DNA of 64,000 nucleotides, from contig OZ242326.1 in the NCBI GenBank assembly GCA_965208325.1, positions 512,001-576,000 on the forward strand. The letters are read 5' to 3'. Below are positions 9,392-18,454 of the stretch, piece after piece. The stretch is from Candidatus Poribacteria bacterium (GTDB lineage: Bacteria; Poribacteria; WGA-4E; PCPOR2b). Below the pieces are notes generated by a model. The model saw nothing but the letters and a program-made list of their open reading frames with translations, was not told the origin of the DNA and did no database searches. The position numbers and the translations under genes were made by a program. Positions within the stretch are counted from its first letter, which is position 1, and every line of letters begins with the position of its first letter.

Positions 9392-9835
9392 ATGTCTAAC
9401 GTTTCGCGCAGAAACATTTCAAGCATGTACAATCGGATGGACAGAATCTTTGATGACTTCTTTGGTGGACGCCCCGCATTCCTGCGTTCGGAATCTGGCG
9501 ATTGGGATTGGAGTCCACCGGTGGATATTACTGAGTCAGGTGATTCCCTAGAAATCCGAGCTGAGGTTCCGGGTCTAACAAAGAACGATGTCAGTGTTGA
9601 AGTAAATGAAAACGTCCTGACAATTAAAGGTGAGAGGAAGCAGGAAAACGGTGACAAGAATGAAGCTGTACATCGTGTTGAACGTGCCTATGGCCGATTC
9701 CAACGAACTTTCACTTTGCCAAGGAGCGTTCGTTCTGAAGACGCGAAGGCATCGTTCAAGGGCGGAGTGTTGACGCTTTCCATTCCAAAGATAGAACAAC
9801 TCAAACCGAAAGCGATTCCAATCAGTGTTGAATAA
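9392..9835 (+). CDS. Hsp20/alpha-crystallin small heat-shock protein
   Basis: WSPPVDI.E, AEVPG, ERAYGRFQRTFTLP, GVLTLSIPK; GGAGG RBS before ATG 9392. Confidence 0.96.
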   Translation: MSNVSRRNISSMYNRMDRIFDDFFGGRPAFLRSESGDWDWSPPVDITESGDSLEIRAEVPGLTKNDVSVEVNENVLTIKGERKQENGDKNEAVHRVERAYGRFQRTFTLPRSVRSEDAKASFKGGVLTLSIPKIEQLKPKAIPISVE

Positions 9836-9858
9836 TGACACTGGGTTGGGTTATCATG

Positions 9859-9902
9859 AAGGCGTCCTGTACGAAAACACGGGGCGCTTTTTTCATTTTT
9901 TT
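9859..9902 (+). terminator. Intrinsic terminator after hsp20
   Basis: Stem AAGGCGTCCTGT / ACGGGGCGCTTT (with G-U pairs), 8-nt loop, followed by a T-rich tract. Confidence 0.75.
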
Positions 9903-10016
9903 ATTGGTACCCATGTTTATGATAATTGAAACTTTCGCTTAAGCGTTGGTGTGACTTGAAGAGACAAATCACAATCTAAAAAACATTTATCGAAATTAGG
10001 TTAGGAGGACAAAAAA

Positions 10017-11567
10017 ATGCTTAGAATCTTTTCAAGCAAATGGGGAGTTGCACTGGCTTTGTTCTTGATTTTTGCAATTGCAATCTCAACCAAAGTAGAA
10101 TTTTTCGCTACTAATACGGCAGTCGGTCAGGCTACAGATGACGATTTCGCCTACCTAGAACGGGCAAACCGTGCTTTTATTGAAGTGATTAACGCTGCTA
10201 AACCCGCGGTCGTGCAGATTACGACAAGAAGACTAGTTTCAGGGAGGAGTTCACAGCGTCAATTTGATTTTTTTGACGAAGATTTATTCCGATACTGGTT
10301 CGGTGAACCCCGCAATCGCCGAAATCAGATAGATCCCGAAGCAGAGCGGGAAATTCAAGAAGGACTCGGATCCGGAGTCATAGTGTCTGAAGGCGGTTAT
10401 GTCCTTACGAATAATCACGTCATTGATGGAGCTGAAGAAATTACGGTCATGTTACAAAATGGGCGTGAATATGAGGCTGAGGTGGTCGGAAAAGATCCAG
10501 GGAATCAGGGAACAGACATCGCGGTACTGAAGATAGCTGGTAAGGATTTACCTGCCTTGGAGTTTGGCAACTCGGACAGCCTAAAGGTTGGAGAATGGGT
10601 AGTTGCAATTGGGTCCCCTTTTGGTTACGCTCAATCGGTGACACGTGGAATTGTCAGCGCAAAAGGACGTTCGTGGCGTACACCTAACCGAGCCAGTAAA
10701 ATTGCGTATGCTGACTTCATCCAGACCGATGCCGCCATAAATCGGGGCAATAGCGGGGGCGCACTGATAAACATCCACGGTCAGTTGGTAGGTATTAACA
10801 CCGCAATAGTTACTACTAGCGGTTTATCTCCGGGCAATGTCGGCGTAGGGTTGGCAATTCCAATCAACCTCGCAAATCATGTTATGCGGTCGCTCATTGA
10901 GAAGGGAGAAGTTGAACGTGGATGGTTAGGTGTGGGGCTCCAGGAGATTAACCACGACATTGCAGAAGAACTCGGGATTGGAGAACCGCGAGGAGCACTC
11001 GTTGCCAATGTAGGTGTAGGAATGCCGGGAGACGACGCGGGGCTCCGGAAAGGCGATGTGATTGTGGAGTTTGACAATGTGCAAATCCGCAATGGTAAAC
11101 ATCTTCGCGATACGGTCGCCACAACGGAAGTTGGGAAAACAGTCGAAGTACAAGTTATCAGGCAGGGTAAAGAGAGGACATTGAGAGTCCAACTTGGGAA
11201 GCGAACTGAAGATGCTATCGCAGCTATGGACGGTTCTTCACGTTATGTTCCAGGCGGACTAGACGAGGAAGCGTTTGCAGGGTTAAGGGTAAGCGAACTC
11301 ACCGATGAACTCGCCGCGGCATACCGCCATAAAGGTGAAAAAGGGGTCATTGTCGTTAACGTTGAACGTAGGAGTCCTGCCGCGAAAGCCGGTATCCGAA
11401 AGGGAGATCTTATTCAGGAGATCGATTGGGAGGAGGTTGTTACAGTCGCGGACTATCGCACACATGTCAAGGCTGTTACAGATAAACCCAAAATCGTAAT
11501 GCATGTCAGACACAGCAATGGAACACACGAGTTTATTGTACTAAAGAACATTGCGTCACGGCAATAA
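10017..11567 (+). CDS. Do/DegQ (HtrA) family periplasmic serine protease, two PDZ domains
   Basis: GSGVIV, TNNHV (His), TDIAVLK (Asp), AINRGNSGG (Ser), RGWLGV; AGGAGG RBS. Confidence 0.95.
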   Translation: MLRIFSSKWGVALALFLIFAIAISTKVEFFATNTAVGQATDDDFAYLERANRAFIEVINAAKPAVVQITTRRLVSGRSSQRQFDFFDEDLFRYWFGEPRNRRNQIDPEAEREIQEGLGSGVIVSEGGYVLTNNHVIDGAEEITVMLQNGREYEAEVVGKDPGNQGTDIAVLKIAGKDLPALEFGNSDSLKVGEWVVAIGSPFGYAQSVTRGIVSAKGRSWRTPNRASKIAYADFIQTDAAINRGNSGGALINIHGQLVGINTAIVTTSGLSPGNVGVGLAIPINLANHVMRSLIEKGEVERGWLGVGLQEINHDIAEELGIGEPRGALVANVGVGMPGDDAGLRKGDVIVEFDNVQIRNGKHLRDTVATTEVGKTVEVQVIRQGKERTLRVQLGKRTEDAIAAMDGSSRYVPGGLDEEAFAGLRVSELTDELAAAYRHKGEKGVIVVNVERRSPAAKAGIRKGDLIQEIDWEEVVTVADYRTHVKAVTDKPKIVMHVRHSNGTHEFIVLKNIASRQ

Positions 11568-11698
11568 GCGGCACTTGAAGGGCTTCGGGCATATAACCAC
11601 GCAGGTCCTCCCTAATTTATACTTGCCGACGCCTTTCAATGAAAAACTAAAACCTCGTTGATGTGCGGAATTAAGTACTCACTATCACGCTAATGGCG

Positions 11699-14600
11699 TC
11701 ACTTTAATAGCACCAAATTTTGCACGAATGTATTCAGCTCACCGTTGCGGCTTGCAACGCGCAAGACATAGAAGTAGACTCCGCTGCCAACCAAATTTCC
11801 AGCCTGGTTACGGCCGTTCCAATGTGCTGCGTTGTCCCGCCGGTGGTACCTCCCTGCTGGTTGAAGCCCGAGATTTGAACGGCTAACTAGTTGTCCCAAC
11901 GCCGTATAAATCTCAATCTCTACACTAGCTGGCGCCGCAAGTTCATAGGGTATCCACACCTCCGGATTAAATGGGTTTGGATATACCGGCAGTACGCCCG
12001 TTTTCGCAACTATGGGAAACGCACAATTCGGGTTGGACAGCTGTTTCGCCGATTCCACCCAATATATTAACGCTTCTATCGCCTTCCGAGCATTGGATGC
12101 TAGCTGTGGTTGGCGGCGTAACACCGCTAGCGTTTTACCCATTTGGTTAAAATCCATCTCGGTGTAAGTAGGACCATTAGCGCTGGATTTCGCGGGCGGA
12201 CCCGCGTCGAAATTACTGCGCGAAGCATTGTGCATCATGCGCGTCAACGTTGGGGCTGCATTGGCGTCCACTTGAAAATGATTTGCCACTAGCACCAAGT
12301 CTTCAACGTCAACAACCTCATCTCCATTGACATCCACGTACGGGTCAGTAATCTGGTCGCTGGCTTTCCCGAAGTGCTTTGCAACTAAGACTAAATCGAA
12401 AATGTCTATCGTGGCATCTCGGTTTACATCCCAAACGGAAGCGTTATTCAACATAACGCCAGGTGTGATACTACTCCAGTTGCGGCTTGGCAAATTTGCC
12501 TGGTTCTCCGCCTTGACTCTCGCGTAGTATGTTGTGTCAAACTCTCCCGTAAAGGTGTGGCGGGTTATCGCGCCATTTACCGTCTCATCGTATAGCATAC
12601 CCGATTGAAAATCTCTAGAATCTACATCAATCTGGACGTGATAGGCGCTAATACCGCTTGTGTCGTTGACGGCATCCCATTCAAGCGTGATTTCGCGTGC
12701 GTTTCCCGTCTCATTCAACAACAAGTTGAGATTCGACACCGTAGGCGGTGGCGTGCTATCAATTTTGAACCCATAATGACTAGCGTCGGTCCAATAACCT
12801 AACGAATCGCGCGCGCGAACATGCACCCACCAGACACCGTCGCTCAGCCCAGTGAATGCTAACGCATTACTTTTGGAAAGTGCCTCCGGATGTGTGTCGG
12901 GAGCAGTTGCGCGTTCTCGATTCAAGATGAAGCTGTATTGTTGCCTGGCGTCCACCATAGGTGAAGTCAGCAACTCCAATTTTGGCGAGTTGCTTGCATA
13001 CCAGCGATTGAAGTCTGGATGGGTGTTCGAGGTAACGATTGGAGGCAACAGTGGCGTATGGTCAACAATTACGACACCGTCGCTGTATACGTCGGTAGGT
13101 GGATTCTGCGAATCCGAAACAATCGCACGAAGGTAGTAACTGCCCTCCAACAGAGCATCCGTATTCCAAGTGAACACCGAGCGGTCTTGAGTCAAACCGG
13201 ATTTAATCAATGTCGAACCACCCGGGAGGTTGTTACGGTCATAAAACAGCGCGACTGTGAAATCGTCGTTGTCGGAGTCCGATGCTTCCCAAGTAATTTG
13301 AAAGGTCTCATCAGAGACAGCACCGTCAGCATTTGGAGACGTGAACTGAAATGACGGGGCGGTGTTAAGGCGAAAAATAGCGTGGTGAGCAATGTAAATC
13401 TCCTCAAGCGGCTCCAACATAGGGAATCCACGCTTTCGCCACGCGATAGCGATGTCCGTGATGCCTTGGGGTAAGTCGTTGACTAGAATCTCCCAGAGCA
13501 AATCGGTACCGTCGGAGATTCCGTCGTCATCAACCCTTGGCTGGTGGTCGATAGAATCAGGTGTATCAAAGATATCCCATAAAATACTTGCTACTGTTCC
13601 TTCGACATTTTCGCCCTTCGTGTTTGATCCCAATCCTGCGGCGTGACCAGTCCACCACTGGTTGGATTCGATATTCGGTACGGATTGATTGAGGTAGCCG
13701 GTTACGTTCAAAGCGCGGTTATCGACGGCTGCCTCCATAAACGCCGCCCAACCTTCATTAAAGGCGAAACCGGCATCCGATACTGTTTCAAGGCGGTGAG
13801 AACCCCGATACCTGCCCTTCGGCACGGCGTTGTAGTTGTAACCGTACGCCGCGGTCATAACAGCGTGTGCATATTCATGGAACATAATTGTACGCGTCCA
13901 CTGATCGCCGTGGGCGAGATTAATTGTTTCATTTGATACTTGTCCTTCAATTGCATCAGGAGCGTAGTAGGAGATGTTCTCAACGCTAGGCCAAATGACA
14001 CGCACAGGACGGTCACGTTCCCAACCTAGGCGGTTGAGTAGAAAGCCGTGTGCAAGTTGAACGGTGTTAAAAATATACCCAACCGCGCGATTCGAGTTTT
14101 GAGAATTTAGGGATAGGTGAATCGTAGTGACACCATCGGGAACATTGCGAACCGTTTCTGATGTGAACGCATATACCTTTGCCTGAGGGGCTCCAATTGA
14201 CAAGACGCTGTTGTCAAATTTTACGACGACATAAAGATTGCGGGACGAACTCCTATTAATATCCGAGTGCGAAAGATTTTCAAAAATGAATTCTCCTCGA
14301 TCGTCAGCGACAGTTTCGTCAATTTTGATATCGTCATGGTCAGGCAAATCGAGGTAGAGCGCAACATGGGGGCGATGCACCGGAAGTTCCGCCTCCTCAT
14401 TGTCGTTGAAATATACTACCGAACCCCGAATGGTTACATCACCCGCGGAGTTTGGGGCGGTTCGCACCTGCGCATGGGTTTCTAGAATTGGGTTGTCGAG
14501 CGGTTGGTTAAACGGAACAGCGCTAACTTGAGCGTATCCTGACGCCACTCGGAGGTATACGTAGAAATGCTCAATTATGGTTTGACCGTTTGCAAGCCCC

Positions 14601-15013
14601 GCGTAGATTGACGCTTGCAAGGGATACACTCCCGGTTCCTTCACGTTGAACGCCACGCTGAATTTCTGATCCGGGGCATATGGAGAAAAGTAGACTCGGT
14701 CAAATTGAACAGGCGAACGGGATGAAATCCCTTGAGGGAGGCGAAACTGAATGCGGGAGTGGATAGTCTCAAGCAGGTTAGATCTAATTGAAAAGATGAG
14801 AGTGGCATCTTTACCAACTCGCGGTGCACGCGTAAGCTCAAGGGCGCCATTGAACGCCTGTGGACGGCGGGGTTGATGGGCTGATGCGGAGGAGAGTGTT
14901 TTAGCACAGAATATGGCAATCGAAAGCCATGAAAACAACAATACGAGCCGCACAAAACTGACAACGCGAGTTGCCAAATGTAGCATGTAAAACGAATACT
15001 TGCTTGCATTCAT
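11699..15013 (-). CDS. Large secreted multidomain protein: gluzincin-type Zn-peptidase, Ig/FN3-like domains, dockerin-like pair, C-terminal FlgD-Ig/T9SS-like sorting domain
   Basis: Signal-like N-terminus; HEYAH plus downstream NEGW; DVNRDATIDIFDL and DVNGDEVVDVEDL repeats; YPNPFNPEVWIPY...WNGRNQAG..VGSGVYFY tail. Confidence 0.8.
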   Translation of the reverse strand: MNASKYSFYMLHLATRVVSFVRLVLLFSWLSIAIFCAKTLSSASAHQPRRPQAFNGALELTRAPRVGKDATLIFSIRSNLLETIHSRIQFRLPQGISSRSPVQFDRVYFSPYAPDQKFSVAFNVKEPGVYPLQASIYAGLANGQTIIEHFYVYLRVASGYAQVSAVPFNQPLDNPILETHAQVRTAPNSAGDVTIRGSVVYFNDNEEAELPVHRPHVALYLDLPDHDDIKIDETVADDRGEFIFENLSHSDINRSSSRNLYVVVKFDNSVLSIGAPQAKVYAFTSETVRNVPDGVTTIHLSLNSQNSNRAVGYIFNTVQLAHGFLLNRLGWERDRPVRVIWPSVENISYYAPDAIEGQVSNETINLAHGDQWTRTIMFHEYAHAVMTAAYGYNYNAVPKGRYRGSHRLETVSDAGFAFNEGWAAFMEAAVDNRALNVTGYLNQSVPNIESNQWWTGHAAGLGSNTKGENVEGTVASILWDIFDTPDSIDHQPRVDDDGISDGTDLLWEILVNDLPQGITDIAIAWRKRGFPMLEPLEEIYIAHHAIFRLNTAPSFQFTSPNADGAVSDETFQITWEASDSDNDDFTVALFYDRNNLPGGSTLIKSGLTQDRSVFTWNTDALLEGSYYLRAIVSDSQNPPTDVYSDGVVIVDHTPLLPPIVTSNTHPDFNRWYASNSPKLELLTSPMVDARQQYSFILNRERATAPDTHPEALSKSNALAFTGLSDGVWWVHVRARDSLGYWTDASHYGFKIDSTPPPTVSNLNLLLNETGNAREITLEWDAVNDTSGISAYHVQIDVDSRDFQSGMLYDETVNGAITRHTFTGEFDTTYYARVKAENQANLPSRNWSSITPGVMLNNASVWDVNRDATIDIFDLVLVAKHFGKASDQITDPYVDVNGDEVVDVEDLVLVANHFQVDANAAPTLTRMMHNASRSNFDAGPPAKSSANGPTYTEMDFNQMGKTLAVLRRQPQLASNARKAIEALIYWVESAKQLSNPNCAFPIVAKTGVLPVYPNPFNPEVWIPYELAAPASVEIEIYTALGQLVSRSNLGLQPAGRYHRRDNAAHWNGRNQAGNLVGSGVYFYVLRVASRNGELNTFVQNLVLLK

Positions 15014-15124
15014 AGAACATGTACTGCTGAAATTCGCTTGCCCGCCTTCGTCAATCCGATGGTCTGAAGCCCATCCATGTGCGAAAAAATGAAGGTCGCA
15101 GTCTTCCTGTTTTCGCGGCTCGCA

Positions 15125-15775
15125 TCATTGATTTGCAAACCATACACCTAACATCATTCCTATTGTAATTAATACGATTATTGTCCCGATAACGCCCAGC
15201 ACTAGCTTCCATGTCATCATTGCCGATTTACCTTCTTCCTTCAATTCGACCCTGGAATTTGGCTCTGCCTTTTCAACCTTTCGCTGCCGCTTTTGAGGGT
15301 GGGCGCGAATTGAGTCCTGTTCTTCCCGCATTTCACGCCGCTGAATTCGAATCTTTTCCACCAATCGCACTGTTTCGGGCGCTAGTTCGTGGTCTCCAGT
15401 TGCATTCTGTTCAACCGTATTTGACTCGATTGAGCCTGCCTCACCGGTCTTCGACTTTTGGGAGATTGGTCGACTTTCAGATTCGTAGGGACGCATTGTG
15501 TCATCGGCAATTTCCACGTCCGCACTTGATTGTGCAGTTGAACTCGAGTCGCGTTGAGGTTCAGAAGGAATCGTAGGTTTCACAGTCGGGGCTTTATTAT
15601 CTTGAAGTCCAATTGCATTACCATTTGGATTGTCGGATTTAACATCGGACTGCTTTTCTTCGTCCACTGCCGATTTATCCGATGTGTCCGAAGGACGTTT
15701 CCCCGCCCACATAGCGCGCCGCTGTTGTTTATATTTCTCTTTCAGTACTTGCTTTTCTTCTTCACTCAACTGCAT
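15125..15775 (-). CDS. Hypothetical protein, low-complexity body with single C-terminal TM helix
   Basis: AGGAGA RBS; charged/polar sequence; LVLGVIGTIIVLITIGMMLGVWF at the very end. Confidence 0.75.
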   Translation of the reverse strand: MQLSEEEKQVLKEKYKQQRRAMWAGKRPSDTSDKSAVDEEKQSDVKSDNPNGNAIGLQDNKAPTVKPTIPSEPQRDSSSTAQSSADVEIADDTMRPYESESRPISQKSKTGEAGSIESNTVEQNATGDHELAPETVRLVEKIRIQRREMREEQDSIRAHPQKRQRKVEKAEPNSRVELKEEGKSAMMTWKLVLGVIGTIIVLITIGMMLGVWFANQ

Positions 15776-15860
15776 GGGTTTTATCTCCTGACGCTTAAAT
15801 TGAACGGTGAACGAGGTTTATTGCGTGAAACTTCTACATTTTATTTAATTATGATGTTCT

Positions 15861-16241
15861 CTATTCAAAATATTTCTCGATTCTGACCGTGGTTCCACTC
15901 TTGACCTGTTTAAACGCTTTCGCGTCTCCTGAGAGTCTACCGATTACATTGACCGCACTCGCTGGACGAATCTCATCTGCAATGCTCATCGGTGTTGGGC
16001 CAAAAAAGATGCAAAACGCGGCACCGGGCGGCCAATAGCCAAGATCGCCTAGTTCGACAACTTCTTGAGGGTTTTCAACGTCCGCATTTAATGGAATTGA
16101 AAAGTAGATTTCATCACCCCATATATTCGCTTGTGCCTCAACAGGAAGCACGTCCCGGAGCATCTGCGCCGTTCTGGAGTCATTTAGTTCAGCGTCCATA
16201 ACGACAGGATTAGCATAAATTTTTATCTTATTTGAGCACAT
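15861..16241 (-). CDS. Cyclophilin-like fold protein (TM1367/DUF369-like)
   Basis: WGDEIYF, GDLGYWPPG.AFCIFFGPTP, PASAVNVIG. Confidence 0.85.
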   Translation of the reverse strand: MCSNKIKIYANPVVMDAELNDSRTAQMLRDVLPVEAQANIWGDEIYFSIPLNADVENPQEVVELGDLGYWPPGAAFCIFFGPTPMSIADEIRPASAVNVIGRLSGDAKAFKQVKSGTTVRIEKYFE

Positions 16242-16281
16242 GACAATTCTTCATTGAATTTCGTGAAATTGTGATTTGGAG

Positions 16282-16310
16282 TTGACCTGAAGCGTACTTT
16301 TTACGATAAT
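16282..16310 (+). promoter_or_regulatory. sigma70 promoter for the SDR gene
   Basis: TTGACC-N17-GATAAT. Confidence 0.55.
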
Positions 16311-16483
16311 GGTAGCGGAATATTTGTTATTCTAACATAACCCACTCAATATCCTCAACACAAAAGCGTGTCAATCCAGAATCGGTGGTGAAGGCGCAAG
16401 TGCAAATTGACGTATACGTTTCACGGTGAAAACACGCCTGCCTTCATCAATGACCAAAATTACGTCAGAGTAGGGAGGTTAAC

Positions 16484-17215
16484 ATGCGGCTAAAGAATCG
16501 CACAGTAATTGTGACGGGCGGCGGACAAGGGATTGGGCGGGCGATTTGCCTCAAGTTTGCCAGTGAGGGTGCAAATATTGTAATCGCCGAACAAAATCTG
16601 GATACAGCTGAAGCTGTTGCAAAGCAGGCTCGCGTACTTGGCATACGTGCGCTCCCAATCTGCACCGATGTTACCGACAGCGATGCTGTACGTGCAATGG
16701 TTTCCGAAACGCTCCATTCCCTTCAACGAATTGATATTCTCGTCAATAACGCCGGGATTTTTAGCCACACGCCAATCGAGGAATGCACTGAAGAAGAATG
16801 GGATCGTATCATGGACGTAAATCTCAAGGGACCTTTTCTCTGTTCGCAGGCGGTCATTGAGGTTATGAAAAAGCAGGGGAACGGCAGGATTATTAATCTG
16901 GGTTCTGTTGCGGGTAGAGTAGGAGGTTTGTTTGCCTCCGCGCCTTACGCATCGTCTAAAGCCGGAGTGATGTGCTTGACGAAATCATTTGCGCGCCGGC
17001 TGGGCAAACACGGAATCACTGTCAACGCTATTGCTCCAGGCGTGGCTGAAACCGAGATGACGAAGGATCACCCTGAAATGACACCGCAAATTCCGCTGGG
17101 GCGTGTCGCTGATCCGATTGAGGTAGCGAACGCGGCACTATTTCTTGCGTCAGATGAAGGGTCATACCTGACAGGCGTCATTTTAGACGTAAACGGCGGG
17201 TTACTGATGCCATGA
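16484..17215 (+). CDS. Short-chain dehydrogenase/reductase (FabG-like)
   Basis: TGGGQGIG, NNAG, YASSK; GGAGG RBS. Confidence 0.93.
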   Translation: MRLKNRTVIVTGGGQGIGRAICLKFASEGANIVIAEQNLDTAEAVAKQARVLGIRALPICTDVTDSDAVRAMVSETLHSLQRIDILVNNAGIFSHTPIEECTEEEWDRIMDVNLKGPFLCSQAVIEVMKKQGNGRIINLGSVAGRVGGLFASAPYASSKAGVMCLTKSFARRLGKHGITVNAIAPGVAETEMTKDHPEMTPQIPLGRVADPIEVANAALFLASDEGSYLTGVILDVNGGLLMP

Positions 17216-17244
17216 CCGAAAAAACGGACGAATCGACTCGGCGG

Positions 17245-18192
17245 TTAACCGAGAATCTCCAATTCACTCTCTGCTCCATGTTCGCGCAGTTCCGCTTCAA
17301 GCAGATTCGATGCATTGCGAAAGGCTTCGGATTGTGACGATTCCGGGTGCGATGCGACAATGGGCACACCAAGGTCACCACCAGTACAGATTTCCGGGTC
17401 GATCGGAATCGCACCCAAAAATGGAACGCCCAACTTTTCGCTAATCCTCTTCCCGCCATCAGATTTGAAGATGTCTGTACGTTTGTCACAATGGTCGCAA
17501 ATGAAATAGCTCATGTTTTCAACGACACCCAAGATTGGTACGTTGAGCTTCTCAAACATGGCAACACCTCGCCGAACGTCGGCAAGTGCAACATCTTGCG
17601 GCGTAGTTACAATCACTGCGCCGGTCAGGGGTATGGCTTGAGTTAAGGAGAGAGCGGCGTCTCCGGTGCCTGGCGGCAAATCGATAATCAGATAATCGAG
17701 TGAACCCCAGTTTACATCACTTAAGAACTGGCGAATCGCGCTATGCAGCATTGGTCCACGCCAAATCATTGCTTGTTCCTCAGATACCATAAAACCAATC
17801 GACATAAGTTTAATATTGTGACTAGCGAGCGGAATCAGTTTCCTATCCTGCCCGACCTCTGGCTGTTTGTTTATCCCCATCATGGTCGGGATGCTTGGTC
17901 CATAGGCGTCTGCATCCATTAACCCAACTTTCGCCGCTCCTTGCGCCAAAGCGAGTGCTAGATTGGTTGCAATTGTCGATTTCCCAACACCGCCTTTGCC
18001 GCTCGCTATGGCTATCTTATATTGAACATCCTGGAGCATCACGTTTTGCTGAGGTATATTTGCCTGTGGCGCAGATGGTTTGGATGCTGCCGAGTTGCCA
18101 ACCATCTGGAGGTCCGGATGGTGCTTTCCTCCTTGCGGCGGCGTCACCTGTTCTTTTGTTACACCACCTTTGTCTTTCTTAAAAAGGTTCAT
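17245..18192 (-). CDS. Mrp/NBP35 (ApbC) Fe-S cluster carrier ATPase
   Basis: SGKGGVGKST, WRGPM, DLPPGTGD, ENMS..CDHC; start placed at ATG 18192 behind GAGGA. Confidence 0.93.
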   Translation of the reverse strand: MNLFKKDKGGVTKEQVTPPQGGKHHPDLQMVGNSAASKPSAPQANIPQQNVMLQDVQYKIAIASGKGGVGKSTIATNLALALAQGAAKVGLMDADAYGPSIPTMMGINKQPEVGQDRKLIPLASHNIKLMSIGFMVSEEQAMIWRGPMLHSAIRQFLSDVNWGSLDYLIIDLPPGTGDAALSLTQAIPLTGAVIVTTPQDVALADVRRGVAMFEKLNVPILGVVENMSYFICDHCDKRTDIFKSDGGKRISEKLGVPFLGAIPIDPEICTGGDLGVPIVASHPESSQSEAFRNASNLLEAELREHGAESELEILG

Positions 18193-18345
18193 CTCTATTA
18201 TCCTCGTGCGGTCAAATTGCCCCGATGCGCTGTTTTGGAATAAGGTAATAGGCATAACCCCACGCCGTAACCTCTTAGGGCGCACTGGGAGTGCCTGCTA
18301 ATTTGCGTTGAGCGTCCAGCTGCGTTAGTCCTAGAATCTTTGATA

Positions 18346-18374
18346 ATTTTACCGAAATCCCCTGTGAAAGTCAA
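18346..18374 (-). promoter_or_regulatory. sigma70 promoter for mrp
   Basis: TTGACT-N17-TAAAAT. Confidence 0.65.
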
Positions 18375-18454
18375 GTCATACTAACACTACCCAGACACCT
18401 AATTCATTTCATGTGCAGCAATGGAAAGGGCTTGCGCGTAATTTGGTAATGATG

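Noticed and set aside
9132..9551. 139-aa ORF overlapping hsp20
   Set aside because: Covers the sigma54 promoter and the hsp20 start in another frame; no RBS or family features.
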